From assembly GCA_038231435.1 (NCBI GenBank), contig JBBRLJ010000022.1, forward strand, positions 30,575 to 94,574: a stretch of DNA of 64,000 nt. The letters are read 5' to 3'. Of this stretch, positions 16,798 to 26,824 are shown in pieces (positions within the stretch are counted from its first letter, which is position 1; every line of letters starts with the position of its first letter). The position numbers and the translations under genes are program-made. Under the pieces are notes generated by a model. The model searched no databases, was not told the DNA's origin, and saw only the letters and a program-made list of their open reading frames with translations. This stretch comes from Planctomycetota bacterium (GTDB taxonomy: Bacteria; Planctomycetota; UBA11346).

Positions 16798-19485
16798 ATG
16801 AATCTGCCAGCGACCGAGATCCGTCCCTACGACCCAGCCGCCATCGAGCCCAAGTGGCAGGCGCGCTGGAACGACACGCGCGCCCACGAGGTGCGCGATG
16901 ATCTGCCGCGCGAGCAGTGCTATTACGTGCTCGAGATGTTCCCGTACCCCAGCGGCAAGCTGCACATGGGGCACGTGCGCAACTACTCGATCGGCGACGC
17001 CGTCGCGCGTTACAAGCGCATGCGCGGCTTCCATGTGCTGCATCCGATGGGTTGGGACTCGTTCGGCCTGCCGGCCGAGCAGGCCGCGATCGAACGCGGC
17101 GCGCATCCGAAGAAATGGACCTACGACAACATCGCCTACATGCGTTCACAGCTCAAGCGCATGGGCTTCAGCTACGCGTGGTCGCGTGAATTCGCGTGCT
17201 CCGATCCCGGCTACTCGGCGCGCGAGCAGGACATCTTCCTGGACCTGGTCGAGAAGGGCCTGGTCTACCGCAAGTCGAGCATGGTGAATTGGTCCACCGG
17301 CCTGAATACCGTGCTGGCCAACGAGCAGGTGATCGACGGCAAGTGCTGGCGCACCGGCATGCCGGTCATCCAGAAGGAACTGCCGCAGTGGTGCGTGCGC
17401 ATCACCCATTACGCTCAGGAGCTGCTGACAGCCACCTACGACCTGCCCGGCTGGCCGGATGCGGTGCTGGTGCAGCAGCGCAACTGGATCGGCAAGAGCG
17501 AGGGCGCCGAGATCGACTTTCCCGTCGATGGCCATCCTGGCGAGAAGCTCACCGTCTTCACCACCCGTCCCGACACACTGTTCGGCGTGACTTTCATGTC
17601 GATCGCCCCCGAGCACGCGGCGCTCGAGCGCATCGTGCCGGCGTCGCACCGCGCCGCGGTCGACGCGTTCCGCGCCGAGGTCAAGAAGGTCACCACGCAC
17701 GACCGCATGGGCGAGAACGCCGAGAAGAAAGGCTGTTTTTCCGGCGCTCACGTCATCAATCCAGCGAATGGTGACAAAGTTCCGTTGTGGCTGGCCAACT
17801 TCGTGGTCGCCGACTACGGCACTGGCGCGGTCATGGCCGTGCCCGCGCACGACACCCGCGATTTCGAGTTCGCGCGCGCGTATGGGATTGCCGTCAAGCA
17901 GGTGATCATAGACGATGCGAAGGGAGTGGATGGAAAGCCGCAGTCGGCTCTCGACGAGGCCTTCATCGAGGTCGGCACGCTGGTTGCCAGCAGCCAGTTC
18001 GACGGCCAGCGCTCCGACTCTGCGAAGTCTGCGATCACCCAGTGGTTGGCCGCTCGCGGCGTGGCGCGCGCGACCACCACCTGGCGCCTGCGCGACTGGG
18101 GCATCAGCCGCCAGCGCTACTGGGGCAACCCGATCCCGTTCGTCTACGGTGAGCGCTCGGGCGCGGTGCCGCTGCGCAAGCAGGACCTGCCGGTGACCCT
18201 GCCTGACGACGTCGCCTTCGACGGTGTCGGCAATCCGCTCGAGAAGCACCCGTCCTGGGCGACCACCGGCAACGACGGCAAGCCATTGACCGTGCGCACC
18301 GCGCAGGGCCCCGAGGCCGCGCGCCGCGAGACCGACACCATGGACACCTTCATGGAGTCATCGTGGTATTTCGCGCGTTTCACCTGCGCCGACGCGGCCA
18401 AGCCGTTGGACCGCGCGCGCGTCGACCACTGGCTGCCGGTGGATCTCTATATCGGCGGCATCGAGCACGCCGTCCTGCACCTGCTGTACGCGCGCTTCTT
18501 CCAAAAGGCATTGTGCGATGTCGGCTACAGCAGCAGGCGCGAGCCGTTCAAGCGCCTGCTCTGCCAGGGCATGGTCACCATGGAGACCTACTCGCGCCCT
18601 GGCGAGGGGGGCAAGCCGGTGTGGTTCTACCCCGACGAGGTCGAGGTCGAGAAGGATCCCAAGGGCAAGGTGGTCTCGGCGAAATCCAAGGCCGACCGCC
18701 GCGACGTGGTGGTGGGCCGCGTCGAGAAGATGTCGAAATCGAAGCGCAACACCGTCGATCCGCAGCTGCTGATCGATCGCTACGGCGCTGACACCGCGCG
18801 CTTGTTCGTGCTCTTCGCCGCTCCGCCCGAGCGCGACCTGGAGTGGAACGAGGATGGCGTCATCGGCCAGCATCGCTTCCTCAAGCGCCTGTGGACGCTG
18901 GTCCAGGAGCAGAAGCAGCGGCTGGCGGCGGTGGCTCCGTACGCCGGCGCCGCCAAGGACGTGGCGGGCGCCGACCAGGCGGTGGTGCGCAAGATCCACG
19001 CCACCATCAAGCGCGCCACCGATGCGATGGAGAAGGATTTCTCGTTCAACACCACCATCGCCGCGTGCATGGAGCTGTCGAACGAACTGAAGCCCGAGGC
19101 GCTGTCGCCACCGGTGCTCAAGCAGGGCCTGAACACGCTGGTGCGCCTGCTGGCGCCGATGGTGCCGCACATCTGCCACGAGTTGTGGGAGGATCTGGGT
19201 GGTTCCATCGGGATTTCGGCGGCTTCTGGTCCATCAGGTGGCGATCTCACCGCCGCCGGCTGGCCGAGCTACGACGAGACCCAGATCCAGACCGACGACG
19301 TCGACTATCCGGTGCAGATGCAGGGCAAGGTGCGCGCTCGCATCTCGCTGCCGCGCGCCCTGACCGGGCCAGCGCTGGATGCGGCGGTGCTGGCGCACCC
19401 CGACGTGGTGGCGGTGATCGGCGATCGGCCGGTCAGGAAGCTCATCGTCGTGCACGGCAAGATCGTCAACCTCGTCCTCGGCTGA
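16798..19485 (+). CDS. leuS: Leucine--tRNA ligase
   Basis: MFPYPSGKLHMGH, FTTRPDT, DWGISRQRYWG, KMSKS. Confidence 0.98.
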   Translation: MNLPATEIRPYDPAAIEPKWQARWNDTRAHEVRDDLPREQCYYVLEMFPYPSGKLHMGHVRNYSIGDAVARYKRMRGFHVLHPMGWDSFGLPAEQAAIERGAHPKKWTYDNIAYMRSQLKRMGFSYAWSREFACSDPGYSAREQDIFLDLVEKGLVYRKSSMVNWSTGLNTVLANEQVIDGKCWRTGMPVIQKELPQWCVRITHYAQELLTATYDLPGWPDAVLVQQRNWIGKSEGAEIDFPVDGHPGEKLTVFTTRPDTLFGVTFMSIAPEHAALERIVPASHRAAVDAFRAEVKKVTTHDRMGENAEKKGCFSGAHVINPANGDKVPLWLANFVVADYGTGAVMAVPAHDTRDFEFARAYGIAVKQVIIDDAKGVDGKPQSALDEAFIEVGTLVASSQFDGQRSDSAKSAITQWLAARGVARATTTWRLRDWGISRQRYWGNPIPFVYGERSGAVPLRKQDLPVTLPDDVAFDGVGNPLEKHPSWATTGNDGKPLTVRTAQGPEAARRETDTMDTFMESSWYFARFTCADAAKPLDRARVDHWLPVDLYIGGIEHAVLHLLYARFFQKALCDVGYSSRREPFKRLLCQGMVTMETYSRPGEGGKPVWFYPDEVEVEKDPKGKVVSAKSKADRRDVVVGRVEKMSKSKRNTVDPQLLIDRYGADTARLFVLFAAPPERDLEWNEDGVIGQHRFLKRLWTLVQEQKQRLAAVAPYAGAAKDVAGADQAVVRKIHATIKRATDAMEKDFSFNTTIAACMELSNELKPEALSPPVLKQGLNTLVRLLAPMVPHICHELWEDLGGSIGISAASGPSGGDLTAAGWPSYDETQIQTDDVDYPVQMQGKVRARISLPRALTGPALDAAVLAHPDVVAVIGDRPVRKLIVVHGKIVNLVLG

Positions 19486-19562
19486 AGCTCGCACCGCGCA
19501 GGGGTGCGCGCCGGTTGTCGCCATGCATCGATCGACATATGCTTCCATCAAGGGAGACCGCG

Positions 19563-19835
19563 ATGGCGAAGGTGACATTCGGCAAGACCACCACCGAGGC
19601 CGAGCCGGGCCGCGATCTGCTCGGCGTGCTGCTCGATGCCGGCGCGCCGATCAGCTACATCTGCATGGCCGGATCCTGCGGCACTTGCCGCGTGCGCGTG
19701 CTCGCGGGCATGGCGCACCTCGCCGGAGCCACGCCGGCGGAGACCTACCACGCCATCGACGTCGCGGGTGGCGACCGCCTTGCCTGCCAGGCGGTGTGCC
19801 TCGGCGACGGCGACGTCACGGTGACCCAGGAATGA
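19563..19835 (+). CDS. 2Fe-2S ferredoxin
   Basis: CMAGSCGTC ... RLACQ; AGGGAG RBS. Confidence 0.9.
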   Translation: MAKVTFGKTTTEAEPGRDLLGVLLDAGAPISYICMAGSCGTCRVRVLAGMAHLAGATPAETYHAIDVAGGDRLACQAVCLGDGDVTVTQE

Positions 19836-19988
19836 GCTGCTCGGCTTCGACTTCGCCGCGCACATCGCCTAGCATCGATATCATCACAGCGATGGGGTCC
19901 ATATCGACCTCAGCTAGACGCATCATTCGTGAGGTCGCAATGCCGTCCTTCACAATTGCATCACTTCCCAAACTGTGGCGTAGTTTAC

Positions 19989-20015
19989 AGTTGCATTGAG
20001 TTGCACGAAATAGCA
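19989..20015 (+). promoter_or_regulatory. Putative MraZ-binding direct repeats, 10-bp period
   Basis: agTTGCA-ttg-agTTGCA-cga-aaTAGCA in the AT-richer region before mraZ. Confidence 0.55.
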
Positions 20016-20039
20016 GGATGCCGCCACTCGGAGGGCGGC

Positions 20040-20534
20040 GTGACGATCCATCGGCTGTCTCCCAAAAACCAGGTGACCGTACCCCGCGAGGCGCGCGCGC
20101 TGTCCTCGTGGGGAGCGCCGTCGCCTGGTGCCGAGGCAGCCACCATCCAGCACCTGCGCGGCCGCCGCCACGTGGTGCGCAAACCCGAGAACGGCGAGCA
20201 GTTCCGCATCCTGCTGCTGATGACCGAGATCGAACTGCAGAAGACCGAGAGCCGCATCAGCGCCAACGCCAAGCTCACCGACGACGAGAAATTCGCGGTC
20301 GTCACGCGCCTGAACGACGCGATGAAGACCATGGCCATCGACGCGCAGAACCGCGTGGTGCTTCCGGCCGAGCACATCGCGCACCTCGCCCTCGGCGAAG
20401 GCCGCGACCTGAAGTTCGTGTGCACGAACTCGATGATCCAGATCTGGAATCCCGAGCATTACCAACGCTACGCCAATGACGTCGAGCCGACGTACGACGC
20501 GCTGCTCAACACTCACCTCTTCGATTCTCATTGA
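20040..20534 (+). CDS. mraZ: Divergent MraZ transcriptional regulator
   Basis: First gene of the dcw cluster; HRLSPKNQVTVP and IDAQNRVVLP, ending IQIW (two AbrB-like halves); GGAGGG RBS before GTG. Confidence 0.8.
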   Translation: MTIHRLSPKNQVTVPREARALSSWGAPSPGAEAATIQHLRGRRHVVRKPENGEQFRILLLMTEIELQKTESRISANAKLTDDEKFAVVTRLNDAMKTMAIDAQNRVVLPAEHIAHLALGEGRDLKFVCTNSMIQIWNPEHYQRYANDVEPTYDALLNTHLFDSH

Positions 20535-20560
20535 CGCACCACGCGCAAGGAGCCCCCCCC

Positions 20561-20773
20561 ATGATCGATCCCGCTCTCAACCGCCTGCTCTCGGCCCTCG
20601 ACTCTCTGGTCGACGTGCCGCCGCGGGAACTCGCCTGCGACATCGACGAAGCAAACCTGCGGCTACGCCGCATGGCCCGCTTCGGCGTGCTCGCCGACAA
20701 CAGCCCGTACGTGGCGTTCATCCGCCGCGTCCTCGATGACAAGCGCCACGCCGCCTACGCCGCCAGTGCCTGA
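20561..20773 (+). CDS. Unknown 70-aa protein between mraZ and rsmH
   Basis: AAGGAG RBS, GC3-biased codons, stop overlaps the rsmH start. Confidence 0.7.
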   Translation: MIDPALNRLLSALDSLVDVPPRELACDIDEANLRLRRMARFGVLADNSPYVAFIRRVLDDKRHAAYAASA

Positions 20774-21647
20774 TCCCGAGGCGTCCTCCCTGCACCGACC
20801 GGTGCTGCTCGTCGAGACGATCGAGCGTCTGCGGCCGGCGCCGGGTGAACGGGTGCTCGACTGCACCCTGGGGCTGGGCGGACATGCCGAGGCCATCCTC
20901 GAGCGCGGAGCCGACGTGCTCGGCATCGATCGCGACCCGCGCGCACGCGCGCTCGCGAGCGCCAGGTTGGCGAGGTTCGGTCAGAAGCTGATGGTGCGCG
21001 GCGGGACCTTCGGCCGCGCCGCGGCCGAGCTGGTCGCGGAAGGCCAGCGATTCGACGGCGTGTTGGCGGATCTAGGAGTTTCGAGCATGCAGTTGGACGA
21101 CGAGTCGCGCGGTTTCTCGATCCGCTCGGGCACCCGCGCCGACATGCGCATGGGCGACGATGCCGGCGAGGACGCGATGCAGCTGATCGACCGCCTGTCC
21201 GAGCACGAGCTCGCAGACCTGATCTTCACCTACGGCGAAGAGCGGCTCAGCCGCCGCATCGCGCGGGCGCTCAAGCTCGCGCGCGCCGCCGGCCGCTGCG
21301 AGACCGGCATCGAGCTCGCCGCGGTGGTTCGCGCGGTCGTTCCCGGCCGCCACGATCGCCACCCGGCGATGCGCACCTTCCAGGCGCTGCGCATCGCGGT
21401 GAACGACGAGCTGGGCGAATTGGAACGGCTGCTCCAGGCGCTGCCCGATCTGCTCGTGCCTGGCGGGCGCGCGGTGATCATCAGCTTCCACAGCCTCGAG
21501 GACCGGCCGGTCAAGCAGGCGCTGCGTGCGCATGTGGACGATGGCCGCCTCTCGGACGCGTCGCGCAAGGTGACGGTCGCGAGCACCGACGAATCCACCT
21601 CCAATCCACGTTCCGCCTCGGCCAAGCTGCGCTGGGCCGTGCGCTGA
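20766..21647 (+). CDS. rsmH: 16S rRNA m4C1402 methyltransferase
   Basis: HRPVLL, DCTLGLGGH, DLGVSSMQLD, FQALRIAVNDEL, SFHSLEDR; alternative ATG 20736. Confidence 0.97.
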   Translation: MPDPEASSLHRPVLLVETIERLRPAPGERVLDCTLGLGGHAEAILERGADVLGIDRDPRARALASARLARFGQKLMVRGGTFGRAAAELVAEGQRFDGVLADLGVSSMQLDDESRGFSIRSGTRADMRMGDDAGEDAMQLIDRLSEHELADLIFTYGEERLSRRIARALKLARAAGRCETGIELAAVVRAVVPGRHDRHPAMRTFQALRIAVNDELGELERLLQALPDLLVPGGRAVIISFHSLEDRPVKQALRAHVDDGRLSDASRKVTVASTDESTSNPRSASAKLRWAVR

Positions 21648-21670
21648 AACCCTCTTTCCCCAGGACCTCC

Positions 21671-21955
21671 ATGAACCGCACTGAAATACTGATCCACATC
21701 ATCGTCGCCTCGATCTGGGTATCGCTGGCGGTGGTGCTCGGGCTCAAGATCGCGCTGCTCGGCAGCGAGGAGAGCTCGCTCAACCGCCAGCGCGGGCTCG
21801 ACCGCAAGGCCCAGCTCGAGCTGACCTACCAGAGCGATCGCCTACGCTCGCAGCTCGCCTTCGAGGCCAGCCCGCCGGCGCTCGAGGAAGCGGTGCGCCG
21901 CCTGCAGCTGCCGCTGCATCCGCCCGAGCCGACCATGCGCATGGCCGAACGCTGA
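21671..21955 (+). CDS. ftsL: FtsL-like cell division protein
   Basis: Position between rsmH and the PBP gene; TM followed by a coiled coil. Confidence 0.75.
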   Translation: MNRTEILIHIIVASIWVSLAVVLGLKIALLGSEESSLNRQRGLDRKAQLELTYQSDRLRSQLAFEASPPALEEAVRRLQLPLHPPEPTMRMAER

Positions 21956-22008
21956 CCCCCGGCCCCGTCCCGAGCCTCCCGAAGTCCTCTTAGGCGCCTT
22001 CCTCCATC

Positions 22009-23865
22009 ATGACCCCCGTCGGCAACCAGTACTGGCGCTTCGGCTTCACCATCACGGTGTTCCTCGGCCTCTTCGCCGCCCTCGGGTACCGCCTGCACTA
22101 CCTGCAGGTCGACGAGGGACAGCGCCTTTCCGAGCTCGGCAGCCGCCAGCACGACCGCACCTGGGTGCTGCCGGCGGCGCGCGGAAACATCTACGACGGC
22201 AGCGGCGCCCCGCTCGCCGAATCGACGGGGACCTGGGTCCTGACCGCCGATCCCCTGTACATGGAGGATCGCCTGCGCGCCACCGTCGAACTCAGCCGCA
22301 TCCTCGGCATCCCGCGCGACCAATTGCGCGCCCAGTTCGAAGCGCAGCGCAACGGCCGCCGCATCGCCCGCGGCCTCGATGAAGGCCAGGCCGACGCGAT
22401 CAAGAAGCTCGACCTCGCTGGCGTTTACCTGCGCCGGGAATTCACCCGCATCTACCGCGAAGGCGCCATGGCCGCGCACGTGCTCGGATTCGTCGACGGC
22501 GACGGCAAGGGCGGAGCCGGCATCGAGCACAGCTTCGAGCGCCAGCTCGCCGGCGTTGCCGGGCACGAGACCTTGATGATCGACGCCCATGGCACGCCGG
22601 TGCTGTCCGGATGCGAGAGCGTTCCGGCCAAGCAGGGGGCCAGCGTGCAGCTGACCGTCGACCTCACGCTCCAGCGCCTGCTCGAGAAGGAGCTGATGGC
22701 CGGCGTCGAGAAGCATCAGCCCAAGAACGCCACCGCCATCCTGGTCAGGCCGACCACCGGCGAGATCGTTGCGATGGCCAGCTGGCCGTCGTATTCGCCC
22801 GCCGATCACGAAGGCCTCGACGGCGCCAGCATGCGCAACAACGCCATCGGCTTCGTCTACGAGCCCGGCTCGACGATGAAGCCGCTGGTGGCCGGCGCGG
22901 CGGTGGCCGAGAAGTTGACCACCTGGAGCGAGAACATCTTCTGCGAACATGGGCGCTGGACCTACCGCGAGGGCAAGGCCGCGCGCACCATCTCCGACCA
23001 CAGCTACAGCCACGGCGGCCACGCCATGCTGTCGGTGACCCAGGGCATCGCCCAGTCCGACAACATCCTGATGGCCAAGCTCGGCCTGCGCCTCGGCCCC
23101 GAGCGGCTCCACGACTGGGAGGTGTCCTTCGGCTTCGGCCGCAAGACCGGCATCTGCCTGCCCGGCGAGGACGCGGGCATCATGCTGCCAAAGAAGTCCT
23201 GGAGCGATCTCGGCGCCTGCATGTCGGTGCCGATGGGCCATGAGATCGCGGTCACGCCGCTGCAGCTGGTGATGGCGCACGCCGCCATCGCCAACGGCGG
23301 CGTGTGGCTGCCGCCGCGGCTGGTCAAACGCGTCTACACCCCTGGCGCCGACGGCCGGCTCGAGGATCTGCCGCTGCCCGCGCTCCCCGAAGCCAAGCGC
23401 ATGTTCACCACCGAGGACGCGCTCGAGATCCAGGAGGCCATGACCCACACCATGACCGAGGGCACCGGCAAGGGGGCCGATCTGGTCGGCTATTCAGCCG
23501 CCGGCAAGACCGGCACCGCCGAGAAGATCGTCGATGGCCATTATTCGGACCAGCACCATGTCGGCTCATTCGTGTGCTGGGCGCCCGCCTGCCGCGGCAT
23601 CAAGCCCGAGCTGCTCTGCCTGGTGGTGATCGACGATTCCAGCCGCAATGGCCACTACGGCGCCGAGACCGCGGCGCCGATCGTGCAGCGCATCCTCCAG
23701 CAGGCGCTCGAGGCCAAGGGCGTCGCCAAGGATATGCCGGTGCCCGAGAGCAAGCCGCTGCCATCGCCGCAGCCGGTCCAGCGCCAGTCGCAGGATTCCC
23801 GACAGCAGGTGGCGAGATCCGACGTGCCACCCCGGGATCCAGCCCGCGAACGGAGAAGCCGATGA
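22009..23865 (+). CDS. ftsI: Class B penicillin-binding protein (FtsI/PBP3)
   Basis: ARGNIYD, YEPGSTMK (SxxK), SDN (SxN), KTGT. Confidence 0.95.
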   Translation: MTPVGNQYWRFGFTITVFLGLFAALGYRLHYLQVDEGQRLSELGSRQHDRTWVLPAARGNIYDGSGAPLAESTGTWVLTADPLYMEDRLRATVELSRILGIPRDQLRAQFEAQRNGRRIARGLDEGQADAIKKLDLAGVYLRREFTRIYREGAMAAHVLGFVDGDGKGGAGIEHSFERQLAGVAGHETLMIDAHGTPVLSGCESVPAKQGASVQLTVDLTLQRLLEKELMAGVEKHQPKNATAILVRPTTGEIVAMASWPSYSPADHEGLDGASMRNNAIGFVYEPGSTMKPLVAGAAVAEKLTTWSENIFCEHGRWTYREGKAARTISDHSYSHGGHAMLSVTQGIAQSDNILMAKLGLRLGPERLHDWEVSFGFGRKTGICLPGEDAGIMLPKKSWSDLGACMSVPMGHEIAVTPLQLVMAHAAIANGGVWLPPRLVKRVYTPGADGRLEDLPLPALPEAKRMFTTEDALEIQEAMTHTMTEGTGKGADLVGYSAAGKTGTAEKIVDGHYSDQHHVGSFVCWAPACRGIKPELLCLVVIDDSSRNGHYGAETAAPIVQRILQQALEAKGVAKDMPVPESKPLPSPQPVQRQSQDSRQQVARSDVPPRDPARERRSR

Positions 23866-25364
23866 TCGCCGATGAACGACTCTTCGCCGGGCAGGCGCTC
23901 GAAGGGATTCCGGGAACGAGCCATGCCGGCGTGGCGCGCGACAGCCGCGCCGTCGCGCGCGGAGAAGCCTACGTCGCCATGGGCGAGAACGCGCAGCTGG
24001 CGGGACATGCGGCGCAGGCACGCGCCGCAGGCGCCAGCGTGGTGGTCGCGGAGCGTATCCTCCCTGGCGGCCCGAGCCTGGTCACCCCGCATGCGCGCTG
24101 GTCGTTCGCCCGCGCCAGCGCCGCCGCGCGCGGTGTCGATCGCGACTGCCCGCCGCTGCTCGGCGCCACTGGCACCAAGGGCAAATCGACCACCGTCCAT
24201 TGCGCCTGGTGGGCGCTCGGCCACGGCGCAGCCCGCGTCGGCACCATCGGCTGGCACGATGGGCGCGAGGAACGTCCGAACCGTCAGACCACGCCGCCGC
24301 CGGACGAGCTGCACGATTTCCTGCGCTCGCTCTCGCCGGGCTGCCAGGGCGTGGCGCTCGAGGTCTCGAGTCACGGCGCCGACCAGCAGCGCCTCGCCGG
24401 TCTGCGCATGCGCGCCCTCGCCTGGACCGGGCTCGGCCACGATCATCTCGATTACCACGGCTCGCCCGCATCGTACCTCACCGCCAAGCTGCGCTGCATG
24501 CGCTGGCTCGAGGACGGCGGCAGCTGCATCGTCAACGCCGATGATCCGACCGGATACATCGCCGTGCACGCGGCGCGCGCCGCCGGAGCTTGCGCGATCG
24601 CGCTCGGCTTCGCCGCCGACGCGCCGATCCGCGCCCACCTCGACGCGCGCATCGTGCGCGCTCCCAGTGGCTACCGGCTCGTGCTGCGCGGTGGTGAGCA
24701 CGTCCTGCCTTCGCGCCTGCCGGGCGACTTCAACGCCTGGAACGCGGCCGCCGGTGCGCTGATGGCCGCGGCGGTGGGGGTGCCGCTGGAACTCGCCCTG
24801 GAGCGGTTGGCGTCGATGCCGTCCGTCCCCGGACGCATGGAGCTGCTAGCGCTGGGCCCAGCCACCTATGTGGATTACGCACACACCCCGGAATCGATCA
24901 CCGTCGCGCTCGCCGCGGTGCGCTCGGCGCATCCTGGTCGGCGCGTCGCCATCGTCTTCGGCTGCGGCGGCGATCGCGATCCGAGCAAGCGCGCGCCGAT
25001 GGGGCGCGCCGCCGCCGCCGCGGATGCGGTGGTGATCACCACCGACAATAGTCGTAGCGAAGCCCCCGAGGCGATCGCGCGCGACATCCTCAAGGGCATC
25101 CCCAATCCCGCGACCGCGGCCATCGAGCTCGAGCGCGGCCGCGCGATCGCGCGCGCGCGCGATCTCGCCGGGCCCGAAGGCGTGGTTCTGGTGGCCGGCA
25201 AGGGCCACGAGACCACCCAGGACATCCGCGGAACCGTCTCACCGTGGGATGATCGCGCCTACGTTCGCGCCCTGGCTTCAGCATCCGCCTCGGCCGCTCG
25301 CCCGCAGGGCAGCCCCGCTGCCGGCGACCGTCCTCCAGGCGTTCCACCTGGGACCTCCGCGTGA
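23862..25364 (+). CDS. murE: UDP-MurNAc-tripeptide ligase
   Basis: TGTKGKST, EVSSHG, DHLDYHG, VDYAHTP, FGCGGDRD, DNSR, AGKGHE. Confidence 0.93.
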   Translation: MIADERLFAGQALEGIPGTSHAGVARDSRAVARGEAYVAMGENAQLAGHAAQARAAGASVVVAERILPGGPSLVTPHARWSFARASAAARGVDRDCPPLLGATGTKGKSTTVHCAWWALGHGAARVGTIGWHDGREERPNRQTTPPPDELHDFLRSLSPGCQGVALEVSSHGADQQRLAGLRMRALAWTGLGHDHLDYHGSPASYLTAKLRCMRWLEDGGSCIVNADDPTGYIAVHAARAAGACAIALGFAADAPIRAHLDARIVRAPSGYRLVLRGGEHVLPSRLPGDFNAWNAAAGALMAAAVGVPLELALERLASMPSVPGRMELLALGPATYVDYAHTPESITVALAAVRSAHPGRRVAIVFGCGGDRDPSKRAPMGRAAAAADAVVITTDNSRSEAPEAIARDILKGIPNPATAAIELERGRAIARARDLAGPEGVVLVAGKGHETTQDIRGTVSPWDDRAYVRALASASASAARPQGSPAAGDRPPGVPPGTSA

Positions 25365-26824
25365 TGGCATCCGCCTCGCCCATGTCGCCCGCCGGCACCC
25401 CGGTCGCGTTCGCGCTCAGCCGTCAGCAGGCCGAGCGCGTCACCGGCGGACGCTGGATCGGCACGGTGAGCGATGTGCGCCTGCGCGGAGCCGCCAGCGA
25501 CAGCCGCCAGGTGCGCAAGGGCTGCCTGTTCGCCTGCCTGCCTGGAGCGCGCGTCGATGGGCATGATTTCGCCGCGGGCGCGGTCGCGCAGGGAGCGGCG
25601 CTGATCCTCGCCGCCAAGGCGCTGCCCGGGATCGCACCGCAGGCGGCGCCGGTGCTGATCGTCGCCGACGTGGCGCTGGCGCTCGCCGCGCTGGCCGCCG
25701 AGCTGCGCCGTGGGCTCGACGCGATGGCCTGGATCGGCGTCACCGGATCCAACGGCAAGACTACGGTGAAGGAGCTGATCGCCGCGGCGTGCTCGGCGGT
25801 CGGATCCGTACACGCTACGCTCGGCAACCTCAACAACCACCTCGGCGTGCCGCTCACCGTGCTCAACACCGCCGTCGACGCCAAGTTCGCGGTGGTCGAG
25901 ATGGGCGCGAACCACGCCGGCGAGATCGCCCAGCTTGCGGCGATCGCCAGCCCGTCGATCGGAGTGATCTCCTCGCTCGGCCCGGCCCATCTCGAGGGTT
26001 TCGGCTCGCTCGAGGGAGTGGCGCGCGCCAAATCCGAGCTGTTCGCCGCGCTGCCCCCAGGTGCCACCGCCATCCTCGGCGTCGCCGGCCTCGACATGGT
26101 GGCGGCACGCCACGGCACTTCGATGGCGAAGCTGCTTGCGCCGGTTCGCGATGCGGCCGCAGGCCGGCGCCTGGTGCTGGTCGGCGGCAACGAGTGTCCC
26201 GTCGACGGCGCGGTGGAGGACGACGCGATCGTGCTGCGCACGCCCGAGGGCGAGGCGCGCCTGCCGCTGTTGGGCGCGCACAACCTGGCCAACGCCGCGG
26301 TGGCGTACCAGGCCGCGCTCGCCGCCGGCGTCCCCGGGGCGCGCGCCCTGGCCGGGATGGCGCGTGTCCTGCCGGTCGGCGGCCGCTTGGCGGCGCGCCG
26401 CGCCGGCGCCCACGTCATCCTCGACGACACCTACAACGCCAACCCCGGTAGCATGATGGCCGGTCTCCAGGTGCTCGCATCCCGTCCCGGCCTGCGCCTC
26501 GCGGTGCTCGGGGGCATGGGCGAGCTCGGTCCGGACGCCGCCCACGGCCACCGGCTGGTCGGGACCGAGGCCGCGCGCCTCGGTCTGCCGTTGATAGCGG
26601 TCGGCGCGCGCGGCGGTGAGATCCTCGATGGCTATCGTTCCGCCGGCGGTGCCGATGGCGTGCTGGTCGCCACACGCGAGGACGCGGTCGCGGCGGCGAT
26701 GGCGAAGCTCGCGGCCGGTCCCACCACGGTGCTGGTCAAGGCCAGCCGCTCGAGCGGACTCGAGGCGGTGGTCGAGGGCCTGATCGCGTCGATCACCGGC
26801 GGAAGTCGGGGTGGCGCATGTTGA
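25361..26824 (+). CDS. murF: UDP-MurNAc-pentapeptide (D-Ala-D-Ala adding) ligase
   Basis: VTGSNGKTTVKE, GNLNNHLGVP, EMGANH, DDTYNANP, LVKASR. Confidence 0.96.
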   Translation: MMASASPMSPAGTPVAFALSRQQAERVTGGRWIGTVSDVRLRGAASDSRQVRKGCLFACLPGARVDGHDFAAGAVAQGAALILAAKALPGIAPQAAPVLIVADVALALAALAAELRRGLDAMAWIGVTGSNGKTTVKELIAAACSAVGSVHATLGNLNNHLGVPLTVLNTAVDAKFAVVEMGANHAGEIAQLAAIASPSIGVISSLGPAHLEGFGSLEGVARAKSELFAALPPGATAILGVAGLDMVAARHGTSMAKLLAPVRDAAAGRRLVLVGGNECPVDGAVEDDAIVLRTPEGEARLPLLGAHNLANAAVAYQAALAAGVPGARALAGMARVLPVGGRLAARRAGAHVILDDTYNANPGSMMAGLQVLASRPGLRLAVLGGMGELGPDAAHGHRLVGTEAARLGLPLIAVGARGGEILDGYRSAGGADGVLVATREDAVAAAMAKLAAGPTTVLVKASRSSGLEAVVEGLIASITGGSRGGAC

